This document shows, in pieces, positions 26,503-35,551 of a DNA stretch of 41,549 nt (the first letter of the stretch is position 1; each line of letters opens with the position of its first letter). Made by a program: the position numbers and the translations under genes. The notes beneath the pieces were generated by a model. That model worked only from the letters and a program-made list of their open reading frames with translations, was not told the DNA's origin and did no database searches. Location of the stretch: assembly GCA_046498345.1 (NCBI GenBank), contig JAWOAW010000016.1, forward strand, positions 1 to 41,549. Reading direction: 5' to 3'. The DNA is from Thermoplasmatota archaeon (GTDB lineage Archaea > Thermoplasmatota > E2 > UBA202 > DSCA01).

Positions 26503-27084
26503 ATGGCTTCGCTGCGGGAGCGCAAGCAACGGATTCGGAAGCAGGTGCTCAGCCAGCGGAACAGCCTTTCAGCGTTCGAGGTGCTCAGCCGGAGCAACCG
26601 GGTGCTGGAAAACCTGTATGCCATGGAGGCGTTCCAGGATGCCGGTCTGGTGCTTTCATATATTTCGTTCGGCACCGAGGTCAACACCCATGGGTGCATC
26701 CGGCTGCTGCTGGAAGCCGCGGAAAAACAGGTGCTGGTGCCCGTGGTGGCCAGCCGGAAGGCACGCACCCTCGTTCTCTCCGAGCTGCATGACTGGAACG
26801 AGCTGTCCACCGGGGCATACGGCATCCTCGAACCCGGCCCGGAATATGTCAGGGAGCGCAATCCCGGTGACGTTGACATCGCGCTCGTACCAGGCGTCGC
26901 CTTCGACCGCCGGGGCAACCGGGTTGGGTACGGCGGCGGCTACTATGACGGCCTGCTGCGGCGCATCACCGGCGCGGCCGTGGCCCTGGCCTATGGGTTT
27001 CAGGTGCTTGATACGGTGCCCTATGAGTCGCATGACGTCCGGGTGGACGCCATCACCACGGAGGACCGCATGACCATGGTCTGA
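26503..27084 (+). CDS. 5-formyltetrahydrofolate cyclo-ligase
   Basis: K..IRK, EVNT, YGILEP, VPGVAFDRRGNRVGYGGGYYD, HDVRVD.I.TE. Confidence 0.95.
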   Translation: MASLRERKQRIRKQVLSQRNSLSAFEVLSRSNRVLENLYAMEAFQDAGLVLSYISFGTEVNTHGCIRLLLEAAEKQVLVPVVASRKARTLVLSELHDWNELSTGAYGILEPGPEYVRERNPGDVDIALVPGVAFDRRGNRVGYGGGYYDGLLRRITGAAVALAYGFQVLDTVPYESHDVRVDAITTEDRMTMV

Positions 27085-27180
27085 CATGTTTCGACGACTG
27101 TACCACATTTTTTTTAAAGGGACAGGGATTACACCACCATACATCAGGGGGCAGCTCTGCTCTCTTTGAGGGTGAAAATC

Positions 27181-29583
27181 ATGACACGAAACGCATACGT
27201 GCAGATATGTGCATTGTTGGTTGTAGTAGCGCTCGCTTTTCCCGGGCTCTCGCTGGCGGACGGCGGCGACGGCGGGACGGGTGCGGCGTCGATGTTGCAG
27301 GACCGGACGATGTCCATCAACGGCGTGGCCGTGGACGGCGATGACAACGTCATCGTGACCGGCGAGGTGTACGACGAGGGCGCCGGGAAATGGATTATCC
27401 GGACCGAGAAATATGACGGCAGCGACGGGCACCTGCTATGGCAGAAGGAGTTTAAACAGTATGACCAGAACATCGGGAAGGATGTCGCGGTTGACGGCAG
27501 CGGCAACGTCATCGTCGCCGGCGCCATCGGCTCGGCCGGGGATCTCCTCCCGAACATGGACTATTTCCTGATAAAATATTCCAAGAACGGCGACCAGATG
27601 TGGAAGGAAACCTATAACAACGGGTTGTCGGATGTGCCGTGGCGGCTGACGGTCGACCGGCAGACGGGCAACATCTTTGTCACCGGCGTGACCATCAAGC
27701 TGGTCGGCAGCGACTCGGCGACCAGCAACTTCTGGACCATCAAGTGCTCGGGCTCCAACGGCGGCCAGATGGAACAGCACGTGCTGGACATCAATGAAAA
27801 CGCTGACATGGGCGTGGGCATCGGGCTGACCAGCGACCGCGAGGTCGTGGTCACCGGCTCAACCCAGTTCGACGCACCCGACTATGACGCCTACTGCACG
27901 CAGCGGTACAGCACCAGTCTGGAGCCCATCGGAACCCCGTTTTTCTACCGCGGGGAAAACACGAACGAGAGCGCGTCCGGGCTGGCCATTGACTCCAGCG
28001 ACAACCTCTTTGTCACCGGCCATTCCAGCAGCCGGTCGGGCCAGGATTTTTTGACCGTCAAATATGACAAGAACGGCGCGCAGACGGGCAAAGACCTCCG
28101 GGACGTCGACGAGGCCAAAAACAGCGGGCTGGACGTCGCGGTTGACCATGCCGACAACGTCATAATTACCGGGTCGACGGTGTCCGACGGAAACCATTTT
28201 TGCACCATAAAATACAGCAACAATCTAGAAAAGCAGTGGATACAGCAGGAAGACTTTGTGGGCGAGGCCAAGGCGGTCACGGTGGACTCCCAGAACAACG
28301 TCATCGTCGCCGGCTACAACACCGGGCAGGACGACCAGTATTACACCATCAAGTACGACCCGAATGGTAACATCCTCTGGCAGGGCGGCGGCGGAGCCGC
28401 GCCGTCGGAGCCGCCCGCGGCATCGTTCACCGGGCCGAGCAGCGCCTACGCCGGGCAGCCGGTACAGTTCACGGACACGTCAAGCGGCGCGGTGACCTCC
28501 CGATCCTGGGACTTCGGCGACGGCGGCACGGGCAGTGGCGCCACGGTGACACATACCTATTCCAGCCCCGATACGTATACGGTCACCCTGACCGTGAGCG
28601 GCGCCGGGGAAACCGACACGGCAACCCGGCAGGTCACCATCACCAACGCACCGCCAAATCCATCGTTTACATATACGCCGCTCACTCCAACGGTCGACGA
28701 GTCCGTATCATTCGATGCATCCGACTCCTACGACCCCTACGGGGGAAGCATCGCGAGCTACAGCTGGGATTTCGGCGACGACAGCAGCGGAAGCGGGGAA
28801 ACCACCTCGCATACCTACACCGAGAACGGCACGTATACCGTCACGTTGACCGTCACCGACGGCGACGGTAAAAGCGCCTCCACCAGCAAGATGGTGACGG
28901 TGAATCAACCAGGCTCGCATGCGCCGACAGCCCGGTTCGACTACGAGCCGTCGCACCCCGCCCCAGGCGATGAGGTCACGTTTGACGCATCGGCCTCGAC
29001 GGACGACAGCACCATCCTGCTCTACCGGTGGGACTGGGATGACGACGGCATCTACGATGCCGAGCGGGCGGCTCCCACGGCCACGCACACCTGGGAGGAG
29101 GCAGGGGCCTATACCGTGACGCTGGAGGTCGAGGACAACAACGGCACCGTCAACACCTATACCGATTCCATCACCGTGAGCGAGGGACAGCCTTCGCTGC
29201 TGCTATCAGCACCGTCATCCGTTGATGTTTCGGGAGGCAGCGCAACGGCAATCGTGACCGTGAGTTGCTTCAACCAGACGGTTGAAGGCGTCTCCATAGA
29301 GGTGGAGGATGATGCAGGGGCGAACGTCAACGTAACGCCGGCCACGGCGACCATTCAGGCCGGTGCACAGCGCCATTTCGAGATGGCCATCGAGATGCCG
29401 GGCAACGCCACCAGCGGCGTCATCCGGCTTCGGGCCGTCGGCGGCGATACTGAGAGCCAGTCGGTCGATATCCAACTGGAAAGCAACGGCGACGATACGC
29501 CCGGGTTTGCGGCTGTGCTGGCCATCGCGGCGATTTTCCTGGTGCTGCTGGTCATGCGGCGGTTCAAGGAGAGCAAGCGGTGA
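27181..29583 (+). CDS. Surface protein: SBBP-type beta-propeller, three PKD domains and a PGF-CTERM sorting signal
   Basis: Signal peptide, VAVD..GNVIV.G...TIKYD repeats, WDFGDG/WDFGDD/WDWDDDG PKD motifs, and C-terminal TPGF + TM + RRFK. SD GAGGGTGA precedes ATG 27181. Confidence 0.9.
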   Translation: MTRNAYVQICALLVVVALAFPGLSLADGGDGGTGAASMLQDRTMSINGVAVDGDDNVIVTGEVYDEGAGKWIIRTEKYDGSDGHLLWQKEFKQYDQNIGKDVAVDGSGNVIVAGAIGSAGDLLPNMDYFLIKYSKNGDQMWKETYNNGLSDVPWRLTVDRQTGNIFVTGVTIKLVGSDSATSNFWTIKCSGSNGGQMEQHVLDINENADMGVGIGLTSDREVVVTGSTQFDAPDYDAYCTQRYSTSLEPIGTPFFYRGENTNESASGLAIDSSDNLFVTGHSSSRSGQDFLTVKYDKNGAQTGKDLRDVDEAKNSGLDVAVDHADNVIITGSTVSDGNHFCTIKYSNNLEKQWIQQEDFVGEAKAVTVDSQNNVIVAGYNTGQDDQYYTIKYDPNGNILWQGGGGAAPSEPPAASFTGPSSAYAGQPVQFTDTSSGAVTSRSWDFGDGGTGSGATVTHTYSSPDTYTVTLTVSGAGETDTATRQVTITNAPPNPSFTYTPLTPTVDESVSFDASDSYDPYGGSIASYSWDFGDDSSGSGETTSHTYTENGTYTVTLTVTDGDGKSASTSKMVTVNQPGSHAPTARFDYEPSHPAPGDEVTFDASASTDDSTILLYRWDWDDDGIYDAERAAPTATHTWEEAGAYTVTLEVEDNNGTVNTYTDSITVSEGQPSLLLSAPSSVDVSGGSATAIVTVSCFNQTVEGVSIEVEDDAGANVNVTPATATIQAGAQRHFEMAIEMPGNATSGVIRLRAVGGDTESQSVDIQLESNGDDTPGFAAVLAIAAIFLVLLVMRRFKESKR

Positions 29584-29646
29584 ACTGCCGTACAGGACGG
29601 GCAAAAGAAGCGATATAGTTATAATCTGTTGCGCATATTAGCCGGT

Positions 29647-30327
29647 ATGCTCGACGTGCTTCGCCTCATCGTGGGCATGGCCGTGCTGCTGTATGCCTCG
29701 TACACTGATTTCAGGTATCGTGAGGCGAGGAACGAGCTCTGGCTTGTCATGGGCGCCGTGGGCGTTGTATTGCTCTTCTTTTCCGACTATGCACCGCCGG
29801 CGGTCCTTTTTTCGGTGCTGCTGATGCTGCCCATCGCGTTGGTGGTCATCCTCGCGGGCATGGGCGGCGCGGATGCCAAGGCGCTCATCGCTATATCGCT
29901 GCTGGCGCCGTTGTTCCCGGAGATTGACCTCGCGGTGGCGGAGCTGCCCCTCTGGGTGGCGCCGGTTCAGTTGCCGTTTCCATTGACCGTGTTTATCAAC
30001 GCGCTGCTGCTCTTCCTGGCGATTCCGGTCGCCTTTTTTGTCCGGAACATCCTGCGGGGAGACCTGGTGTTTCCCTACTGTTTTTTTGGGTGCAGGATGC
30101 GGGCCAGCGACATCCCGGGCAGCTACGTGTGGCCCATGGAATCCGTCGAGGATGGGCGGCGTAAAAAGAGTGTTCTTCCACGGCGGGACGTTGACCCGGC
30201 GGTGTTCGGGGACGAGGTCATATGGGTGACGCCGAAGGTCCCGTTTCTCATCCCGTTGACGGCGGGTTACGCCATCTCCTTTATCCTGGGAGACATCGTG
30301 TATCAGGTCGTGTCAGTTGTTGCCTGA
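29647..30327 (+). CDS. Archaeal preflagellin/prepilin peptidase (A24, FlaK/PibD-like)
   Basis: ASYTD...RE (first Asp), GMGGADAKAL (GxGD), WVTPKVPFLIPL..G. Confidence 0.9.
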   Translation: MLDVLRLIVGMAVLLYASYTDFRYREARNELWLVMGAVGVVLLFFSDYAPPAVLFSVLLMLPIALVVILAGMGGADAKALIAISLLAPLFPEIDLAVAELPLWVAPVQLPFPLTVFINALLLFLAIPVAFFVRNILRGDLVFPYCFFGCRMRASDIPGSYVWPMESVEDGRRKKSVLPRRDVDPAVFGDEVIWVTPKVPFLIPLTAGYAISFILGDIVYQVVSVVA

Positions 30328-30939
30328 TTCCTCGCTGACCTGACGCTCGATGCCCTCGATTTTCTTGGTCATCATCTCTATCATGCGCTTCTGGCTAATC
30401 AGCAGGTTTTTGACGGAGTCTTTGAGCTCGCTGACGGTTGAGTCGACGATGACGCCGACGAGGCGGCGCTGGCGGTTGACGGCCAGGGAGAGACGCTTGT
30501 ATTCCTCGGCTTCCGCTTCGCCGACCTCTCGTTTGATTTTGTCGTACATGTCGTTGATTTCTTTTTTCCGCTCGAGGATGTCCCGGATCTTGTGGAGCAG
30601 GATTTTTTTTGTGAACGGTTTCACGATGTAGTTTTCGATGCTGTCCAGGGGCTTGTCCATGGTGTCGTCGGGGGTGAGGGGCAGCGCCGTGAGCATTGAC
30701 ACGGGGATGTCCTTGGTTGCCTCGCTGCTCTTTATGTTTCTGAGGGTCTCCCAGCCGTCCATGCCCGGCATCATGATGTCGAGCAGGATGAGGTCCGGCG
30801 TTTCCTCTTCAAGTTTTTCGAGGCATTCGTCGCCGCTGTTGGCCACGACGACGTCGTATCCCTCTGATTCAAGCATTTTTTTGACGATGTCTGCGACCTC
30901 GTATTCATCGTCGACGACCATTATTTTTTCGTCATGCAT
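30313..30939 (-). CDS. Response regulator: receiver domain plus C-terminal coiled coil
   Basis: IMVVDD, LILLDIMMPGMDG, MLTA, YIVKPF. SD AAGGTGA precedes ATG 30939. Confidence 0.9.
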   Translation of the reverse strand: MHDEKIMVVDDEYEVADIVKKMLESEGYDVVVANSGDECLEKLEEETPDLILLDIMMPGMDGWETLRNIKSSEATKDIPVSMLTALPLTPDDTMDKPLDSIENYIVKPFTKKILLHKIRDILERKKEINDMYDKIKREVGEAEAEEYKRLSLAVNRQRRLVGVIVDSTVSELKDSVKNLLISQKRMIEMMTKKIEGIERQVSEESGNN

Positions 30940-30943
30940 AGTG

Positions 30944-31606
30944 TCACCTTGATGCTTCTTCAAGCTTGATAAGAACGTCCCGGATGGTGGTTGATGACTC
31001 CACGATGTCCTCCACCATTTGTTTTCCGAACGGCCGGTAGCCTTCGCCGCCGGCTGCCTCTATCCGCCGTTTCATCATGTCGAGGATCTGGTCGGCGGGC
31101 GGCATAGTGAGACGTATTTTTTCGACGTCGCGTCCCTTGAGATGTTTTTCCACGATGGCGTCGACGACGTCCACCGAGGCCAGCACCACTGAAAGACGGA
31201 GCCCGGGGGCGTCAAGCTTGCTGATAAGATATTCGAAGACTGTTTCGTCCGTGATGTATTCGGCCTCGTCTATCAGCAGCAAGACGGGCCGCTCGATAAC
31301 CTGTTTTCTGAGGAATACTCGGGAAAAAAATGAGGGGCTGATGGCCTGCTCGACCTCTGTTTTCACCTCGTCGAGCGTCAGGTTTTCGCCGCCGTGGATC
31401 ATGATGGGCTCGACCTTGTAGAGCGGGCCGAACTCCTGCAGCCACTGGAGCATCGTGGTTTTCCCGATGCCCGTCTTGCCGAGTATCCAGAACACCTCGC
31501 TCGTCCCCTCGATGGTCTTGAGAATGATGCTCCGGGCGTTGTCCTTGTACACCATGAACTCATGCCGCGGCTCATTGGGATTGAGAATAATATTTTCGGA
31601 GGCCAT
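30944..31606 (-). CDS. Small P-loop AAA+/STAND-like ATPase (ExeA/AAA_22-like)
   Basis: Walker A GKTGIGKT, Walker B LLLIDEAE, and a C-terminal helical part (RRIE.AGG...PF). Confidence 0.8.
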   Translation of the reverse strand: MASENIILNPNEPRHEFMVYKDNARSIILKTIEGTSEVFWILGKTGIGKTTMLQWLQEFGPLYKVEPIMIHGGENLTLDEVKTEVEQAISPSFFSRVFLRKQVIERPVLLLIDEAEYITDETVFEYLISKLDAPGLRLSVVLASVDVVDAIVEKHLKGRDVEKIRLTMPPADQILDMMKRRIEAAGGEGYRPFGKQMVEDIVESSTTIRDVLIKLEEASR

Positions 31607-31749
31607 TTGCCCCACTATAACACTTTATACTTTATATGTCTTTCACTATTTTTAGCGTTGCCGCCCCGAAGAGATATACCCTGTTTCTTTGGAGAGATAG
31701 CGCCGGCGGCAGCCACACGGCAGGTCGTTTTCAGGCCATGGCCCCGCGT

Positions 31750-32574
31750 TCAGCCGACGGCACCCAGGACGAAGGCGAGCAGGGCGACAAGGATGCCGGC
31801 CTTGGTGACATCCCGCACCAACTCGATGCGCCTGGACGCCATGTACAGGGCGTACAAAAAAACAACGTCGGCGGCAGCCACGAGCAGGAGATAGTACACC
31901 CCGAACAGCTCCAGGGGATAAAAGGGCAGCAGGCTTATCCCGACGGCTGACAGGATGAGCAGCGAGGCGACCACCAGCGCATTTTTCCGCCCGATATGCC
32001 GGGGCAGCGTCTCCCGGTCCGCGTCGCCCGCCATGTCCTCGACGTCCATGATGATCTCCCGGCCCAGGATGAAAAGGAAGGCCACGAGGGAGGCAAAGGC
32101 GGGTGACAGCAGCCGGTCGACAGCTGCGCCTCCAAACAGAAACGTCAGCGCGGCCAGCGTGCTTATCGACAGGTTGCCCCAGATGCCCCGGTATTTCAGG
32201 GACGTCTCGTAGGCCACGGCGACCACCGCGGCGGCGCAAATGATGACCGCCGCCTGCACGTTGATAAGCAGGGCGACGGGGATGCTGGCCGCCAGCAGGA
32301 TGACGCTGACCCGGAGCGCGTTGACCGGCGATATCGAGCCGGCAGGGATGGGCCGACGGGGATGGTTGACCCGGTCGCTGTCCCGGTCCAGGTAGTCGTT
32401 GAGCCCGAACCCGCCGGCGCTGAACAGGAAGGCCGCGGCCACCGCGAGCGCCATCTCTGCCAGATGAGACGTGAGGTCGGTGCCGACGCCGATGATGGCG
32501 CCGATGAGCACCGACAGCGACGCGATGAGGCTGGTGACCGGCCGGAACAGGTAGAGCGGCGAGCTCTTGTCCAT
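31750..32574 (-). CDS. UbiA-family prenyltransferase, digeranylgeranylglyceryl-phosphate synthase-like
   Basis: NDYLDRDSDRVNHPRRPIPAG, REIIMDVEDMAGD, multiple TM helices. Confidence 0.88.
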   Translation of the reverse strand: MDKSSPLYLFRPVTSLIASLSVLIGAIIGVGTDLTSHLAEMALAVAAAFLFSAGGFGLNDYLDRDSDRVNHPRRPIPAGSISPVNALRVSVILLAASIPVALLINVQAAVIICAAAVVAVAYETSLKYRGIWGNLSISTLAALTFLFGGAAVDRLLSPAFASLVAFLFILGREIIMDVEDMAGDADRETLPRHIGRKNALVVASLLILSAVGISLLPFYPLELFGVYYLLLVAAADVVFLYALYMASRRIELVRDVTKAGILVALLAFVLGAVG

Positions 32575-32678
32575 GCAGGGCAGGATTGACCTGCGCTATA
32601 ATAACTTTTCTTCATTCCTGCCGGAGCGGTGCACCGGGAGCCGGATACTTTTTTATAGCCGCTGTCGATAGGGAGGAC

Positions 32679-34157
32679 ATGAGAAAAAGCACTGTGTTTG
32701 TTGTACTGGCGGCGGTGTTGCTGGCTGCTGCGCCTTTGACGGCGCTGCAGGACCAGCGGGCCTTCGAGGGCCAGCCGGCTGTGTCGCAGGGGTCACCGCC
32801 GTCGTCGGAGGCTGCCGATGCCTACGACCTGTTGATTGTGTCGCCCGGGGAGTGGACGGACAGCCTGCAGCCGCTCGTGGACCACAAGGATGGCCACGGG
32901 GTGGCAACCAAGCTGGTGTCGCTGGCGGAGATATACGACGGCGCGTATTTCGACGTGGAGGGTCGCGACGAGGCGGAGCAGGTCAAGTATTTCATCAGGA
33001 ACGCTCTCGATGAATGGGGCATCTCCTATGTCATGCTGGTGGGCGGTCGCAGCGGCGGCCTGCTCCAGGAAAAATGGCATTGCCCGGTGAGATATTCCTT
33101 CTGCGGGGTGAGCAGCGGCTGGGAGCGCTCGTTCCTGAGCGACCTGTATTTTGCGGATATCTATGACGGCGAGGGTCGTTTCCAGAGCTGGGATTCGGAT
33201 GGCGACGGCGTCTACGCGGAGTGGGTGGGCAGCGAGGCGGAGGATGCCCCGCTGGACCTGTACCCCGACGTTGCGGTTGGACGGCTGGCCTGCCGGGCCG
33301 AGTGGGAGGTCGACGTGATGGTGGACAAGATCGTCACCTATGAGAACACGGCCTATAACGCCGACTGGTTCGACCGGATGGTGTGCATCGCCGGTGACAC
33401 CTACCCGGATAACCCCAATCCCGACTGGGATGAGCAGATAGAGGGCGAGGAGGGCACGCAGCGGGCCATGGACTGGATGCCCGGCTTTGATTATGTGACG
33501 CTGTGGACGTCGGATGGCACGCTGACCGGCCCCGAGGACGTGATCTCGGCTATCAGCCAGGGCTGCGGCTTCCTGTTTTTCGACGGGCATGGCAGCCCGA
33601 TGAGCTGGGCAACCCATCCGCCGCATGACCATGACACCTGGATCGACGGCCTGGACATCTGGCAGATGCGGAAGCTGGACAACGAGGACATGCTCCCGGT
33701 CTGCGTGGTCGGCGGCTGCCACAACAGCCAGTTTAACATCTCGGTGCTCAACGCCCTAAAAATTTACAAGGGCTTTGACACCTGGTACGAGTACATGTAC
33801 AAGGGCGAGACCGGGCCGGAGTGCTGGAGCTGGTGGCTGACCCGGAAGATCGGCGGCGGCTCCATCGCCACCCTGGGCTACTCGGCGCTGGGCTACACCA
33901 AGGAGGACAAGTGGGAGGCCAGCGGCGTCACCGGCGAGGCCTCGGAGTGGCTGGACACGCATTTCTTCCATGAATACGGCATGGAGGATACCATGGTGCT
34001 CGGCGACATCTGGAGCAACGTCATCTCCGACTACCTGGACACCTACCCGGTAGACTGGGACGAAAGCGTTGACAGCGCCACGGCCATCGACGCCAAGACG
34101 GCGCAGGAATGGATACTGCTGGGCGACCCCTCGCTCCGTATCGGCGGCTATCCGTGA
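32679..34157 (+). CDS. Secreted peptidase family C25 (gingipain-like)
   Basis: Signal peptide, YVMLVG, SDLYFADI, PDVAVGRL, FDGHG and GGCHN (His/Cys dyad), LLGDPSL. SD GGAGG. Confidence 0.92.
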   Translation: MRKSTVFVVLAAVLLAAAPLTALQDQRAFEGQPAVSQGSPPSSEAADAYDLLIVSPGEWTDSLQPLVDHKDGHGVATKLVSLAEIYDGAYFDVEGRDEAEQVKYFIRNALDEWGISYVMLVGGRSGGLLQEKWHCPVRYSFCGVSSGWERSFLSDLYFADIYDGEGRFQSWDSDGDGVYAEWVGSEAEDAPLDLYPDVAVGRLACRAEWEVDVMVDKIVTYENTAYNADWFDRMVCIAGDTYPDNPNPDWDEQIEGEEGTQRAMDWMPGFDYVTLWTSDGTLTGPEDVISAISQGCGFLFFDGHGSPMSWATHPPHDHDTWIDGLDIWQMRKLDNEDMLPVCVVGGCHNSQFNISVLNALKIYKGFDTWYEYMYKGETGPECWSWWLTRKIGGGSIATLGYSALGYTKEDKWEASGVTGEASEWLDTHFFHEYGMEDTMVLGDIWSNVISDYLDTYPVDWDESVDSATAIDAKTAQEWILLGDPSLRIGGYP

Positions 34158-34230
34158 TTGACCAAAACAAGGCTATAATGCTTTCCGATACCGTAAGAGA
34201 TAAAAGTTCCCGCCTGATGGAGCATGTACC

Positions 34231-34401
34231 ATGCAGAAATACCGGGTGATACGATATTATTCTAGCTTTTGCACCTGTGACGTCCAGGCTGAAGACGAAG
34301 AACAAGCATATGAGAAGGCACAAGAGATACCGATAGATGTAAACGAACTATTGGAAAACCTTGAGGATTGGGATGACTGCGACGAGGTCGAATCCGTCTG
34401 A
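34231..34401 (+). CDS. Small acidic protein (56 aa), DpnD/PcfM-like pattern; absent from the ORF track
   Basis: MQKYRVIRYYSSFCTCDVQAEDEEQAYEKAQEIPIDVNELLENLEDWDDCDEVESV. KY.V...V.A..EE.A.EKA resembles the DpnD/PcfM pattern. Confidence 0.6.
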   Translation: MQKYRVIRYYSSFCTCDVQAEDEEQAYEKAQEIPIDVNELLENLEDWDDCDEVESV

Positions 34402-35248
34402 TATTGTTGAAACTCCGAGCAGGATAAACTATGACTACATTACAATACAAATTACAGAGAGCCGGATAGATAAGGGGCTGATAGCGATTCCCCGGCCCCT
34501 TACAGACGTGTTTCCTGAAGAAAACACGGACATACAGGTATACTTGGGGCGGGAGACCAAACCAGAAAAGAAAAACTACACCTCCTATAAGAGTTCCACC
34601 CGTGAAAGTCGAATAGGCGGGATGTCCCACTGGTTCGAGGAAAATAACATCCAAGCTGGCGATGAAGTAGTTATTCAGGTTCTCGATAGAGATATGCATG
34701 TTTATCGCTTAATGCCAGAAGAGGATTTTATACACGGTGCGCAAAAACTACAACAGGAATTTGATGCCGCAGATAATGAAACCAAAGCCTCCCAAAAGAT
34801 GCAGGGTATCCAGCAGTTGACCGGGCGCCGACAAATGGAGGTGGCGTTGAGGGAATTTCATCGTTTAACAGATGACAAGAGAAAAAAGCGGCAGGTTACC
34901 GAAAGAGAAATCAGCCGCTCTAAAGAAAGCATTCCCTACAACCTGAAAGTTTTGTTACGGCAGATCTATCAGGGCCACTGTCAGGTATGTGATTTTACTT
35001 TCTTTAAAAGCGATTATTCTCCCTATTTTGAGGTGCATCATATCCACCCAGATTATGGGCATCATCCAAAAAATCTTCTTGTGGTGTGTGGCAATTGTCA
35101 CAACCGGTTTGAGTATGCTGCTTCCGACTGCCGGTTTGATACGGAAGGCTGGCTTCAAAAAGTCTCGTTCAATAATGGACCATATAGGCCGGTACGCCAC
35201 GTTTTACCCCGGGTAAAGCTGTCACGCATCAAGAGAACCTACCTCTAA
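34373..35248 (+). CDS. HNH endonuclease (McrA-like Zn-HNH) with an N-terminal B3/EcoRII-N-like DNA-binding domain
   Basis: CQVC...FEVHHI...N.LVVCGNCH. N-terminal GLIAIP...FP...IGG..WF..NNI.AGDEVV. Lower GC than the flanks. Start uncertain. Confidence 0.8.
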   Translation: MTATRSNPSDIVETPSRINYDYITIQITESRIDKGLIAIPRPLTDVFPEENTDIQVYLGRETKPEKKNYTSYKSSTRESRIGGMSHWFEENNIQAGDEVVIQVLDRDMHVYRLMPEEDFIHGAQKLQQEFDAADNETKASQKMQGIQQLTGRRQMEVALREFHRLTDDKRKKRQVTEREISRSKESIPYNLKVLLRQIYQGHCQVCDFTFFKSDYSPYFEVHHIHPDYGHHPKNLLVVCGNCHNRFEYAASDCRFDTEGWLQKVSFNNGPYRPVRHVLPRVKLSRIKRTYL

Positions 35249-35316
35249 CTCCCGTACTGTTTTCCGACGGCCACAAGACTTTTATAATAATATTTAATTA
35301 CGCCTTCGGTGAAAGC

Positions 35317-35538
35317 ATGAACGAGACCAAATATACCACGGTTTCCCTCCCGAAACCGCTGGTTGAAAAAATCAAGGAGCGCATCGAAGGTACCGGGTTC
35401 AACTCGGTGTCCAGCTACGTGACCTACGTCCTGCGCGAGGTCATCGCCAACATGGACGACGAAGAAGAGGAAGCGTTCAGCGAAGAAGACGAAGAAAAAG
35501 TCAAGGAGCGCCTGCGGGCGCTCGGCTACCTCGACTAG
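35317..35538 (+). CDS. CopG/ribbon-helix-helix transcriptional regulator
   Basis: YTTVSLPKPLVEKI...GFNSVSSYVTYVLRE, with tail EEKVKERLRALGYLD. Confidence 0.9.
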   Translation: MNETKYTTVSLPKPLVEKIKERIEGTGFNSVSSYVTYVLREVIANMDDEEEEAFSEEDEEKVKERLRALGYLD

Positions 35539-35551
35539 TGGAGCACCTACA

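Noticed and set aside
34160-35260. IS element or homing endonuclease/intron
   Set aside because: No transposase, terminal repeats or target duplication seen, and the flanking genes are intact.
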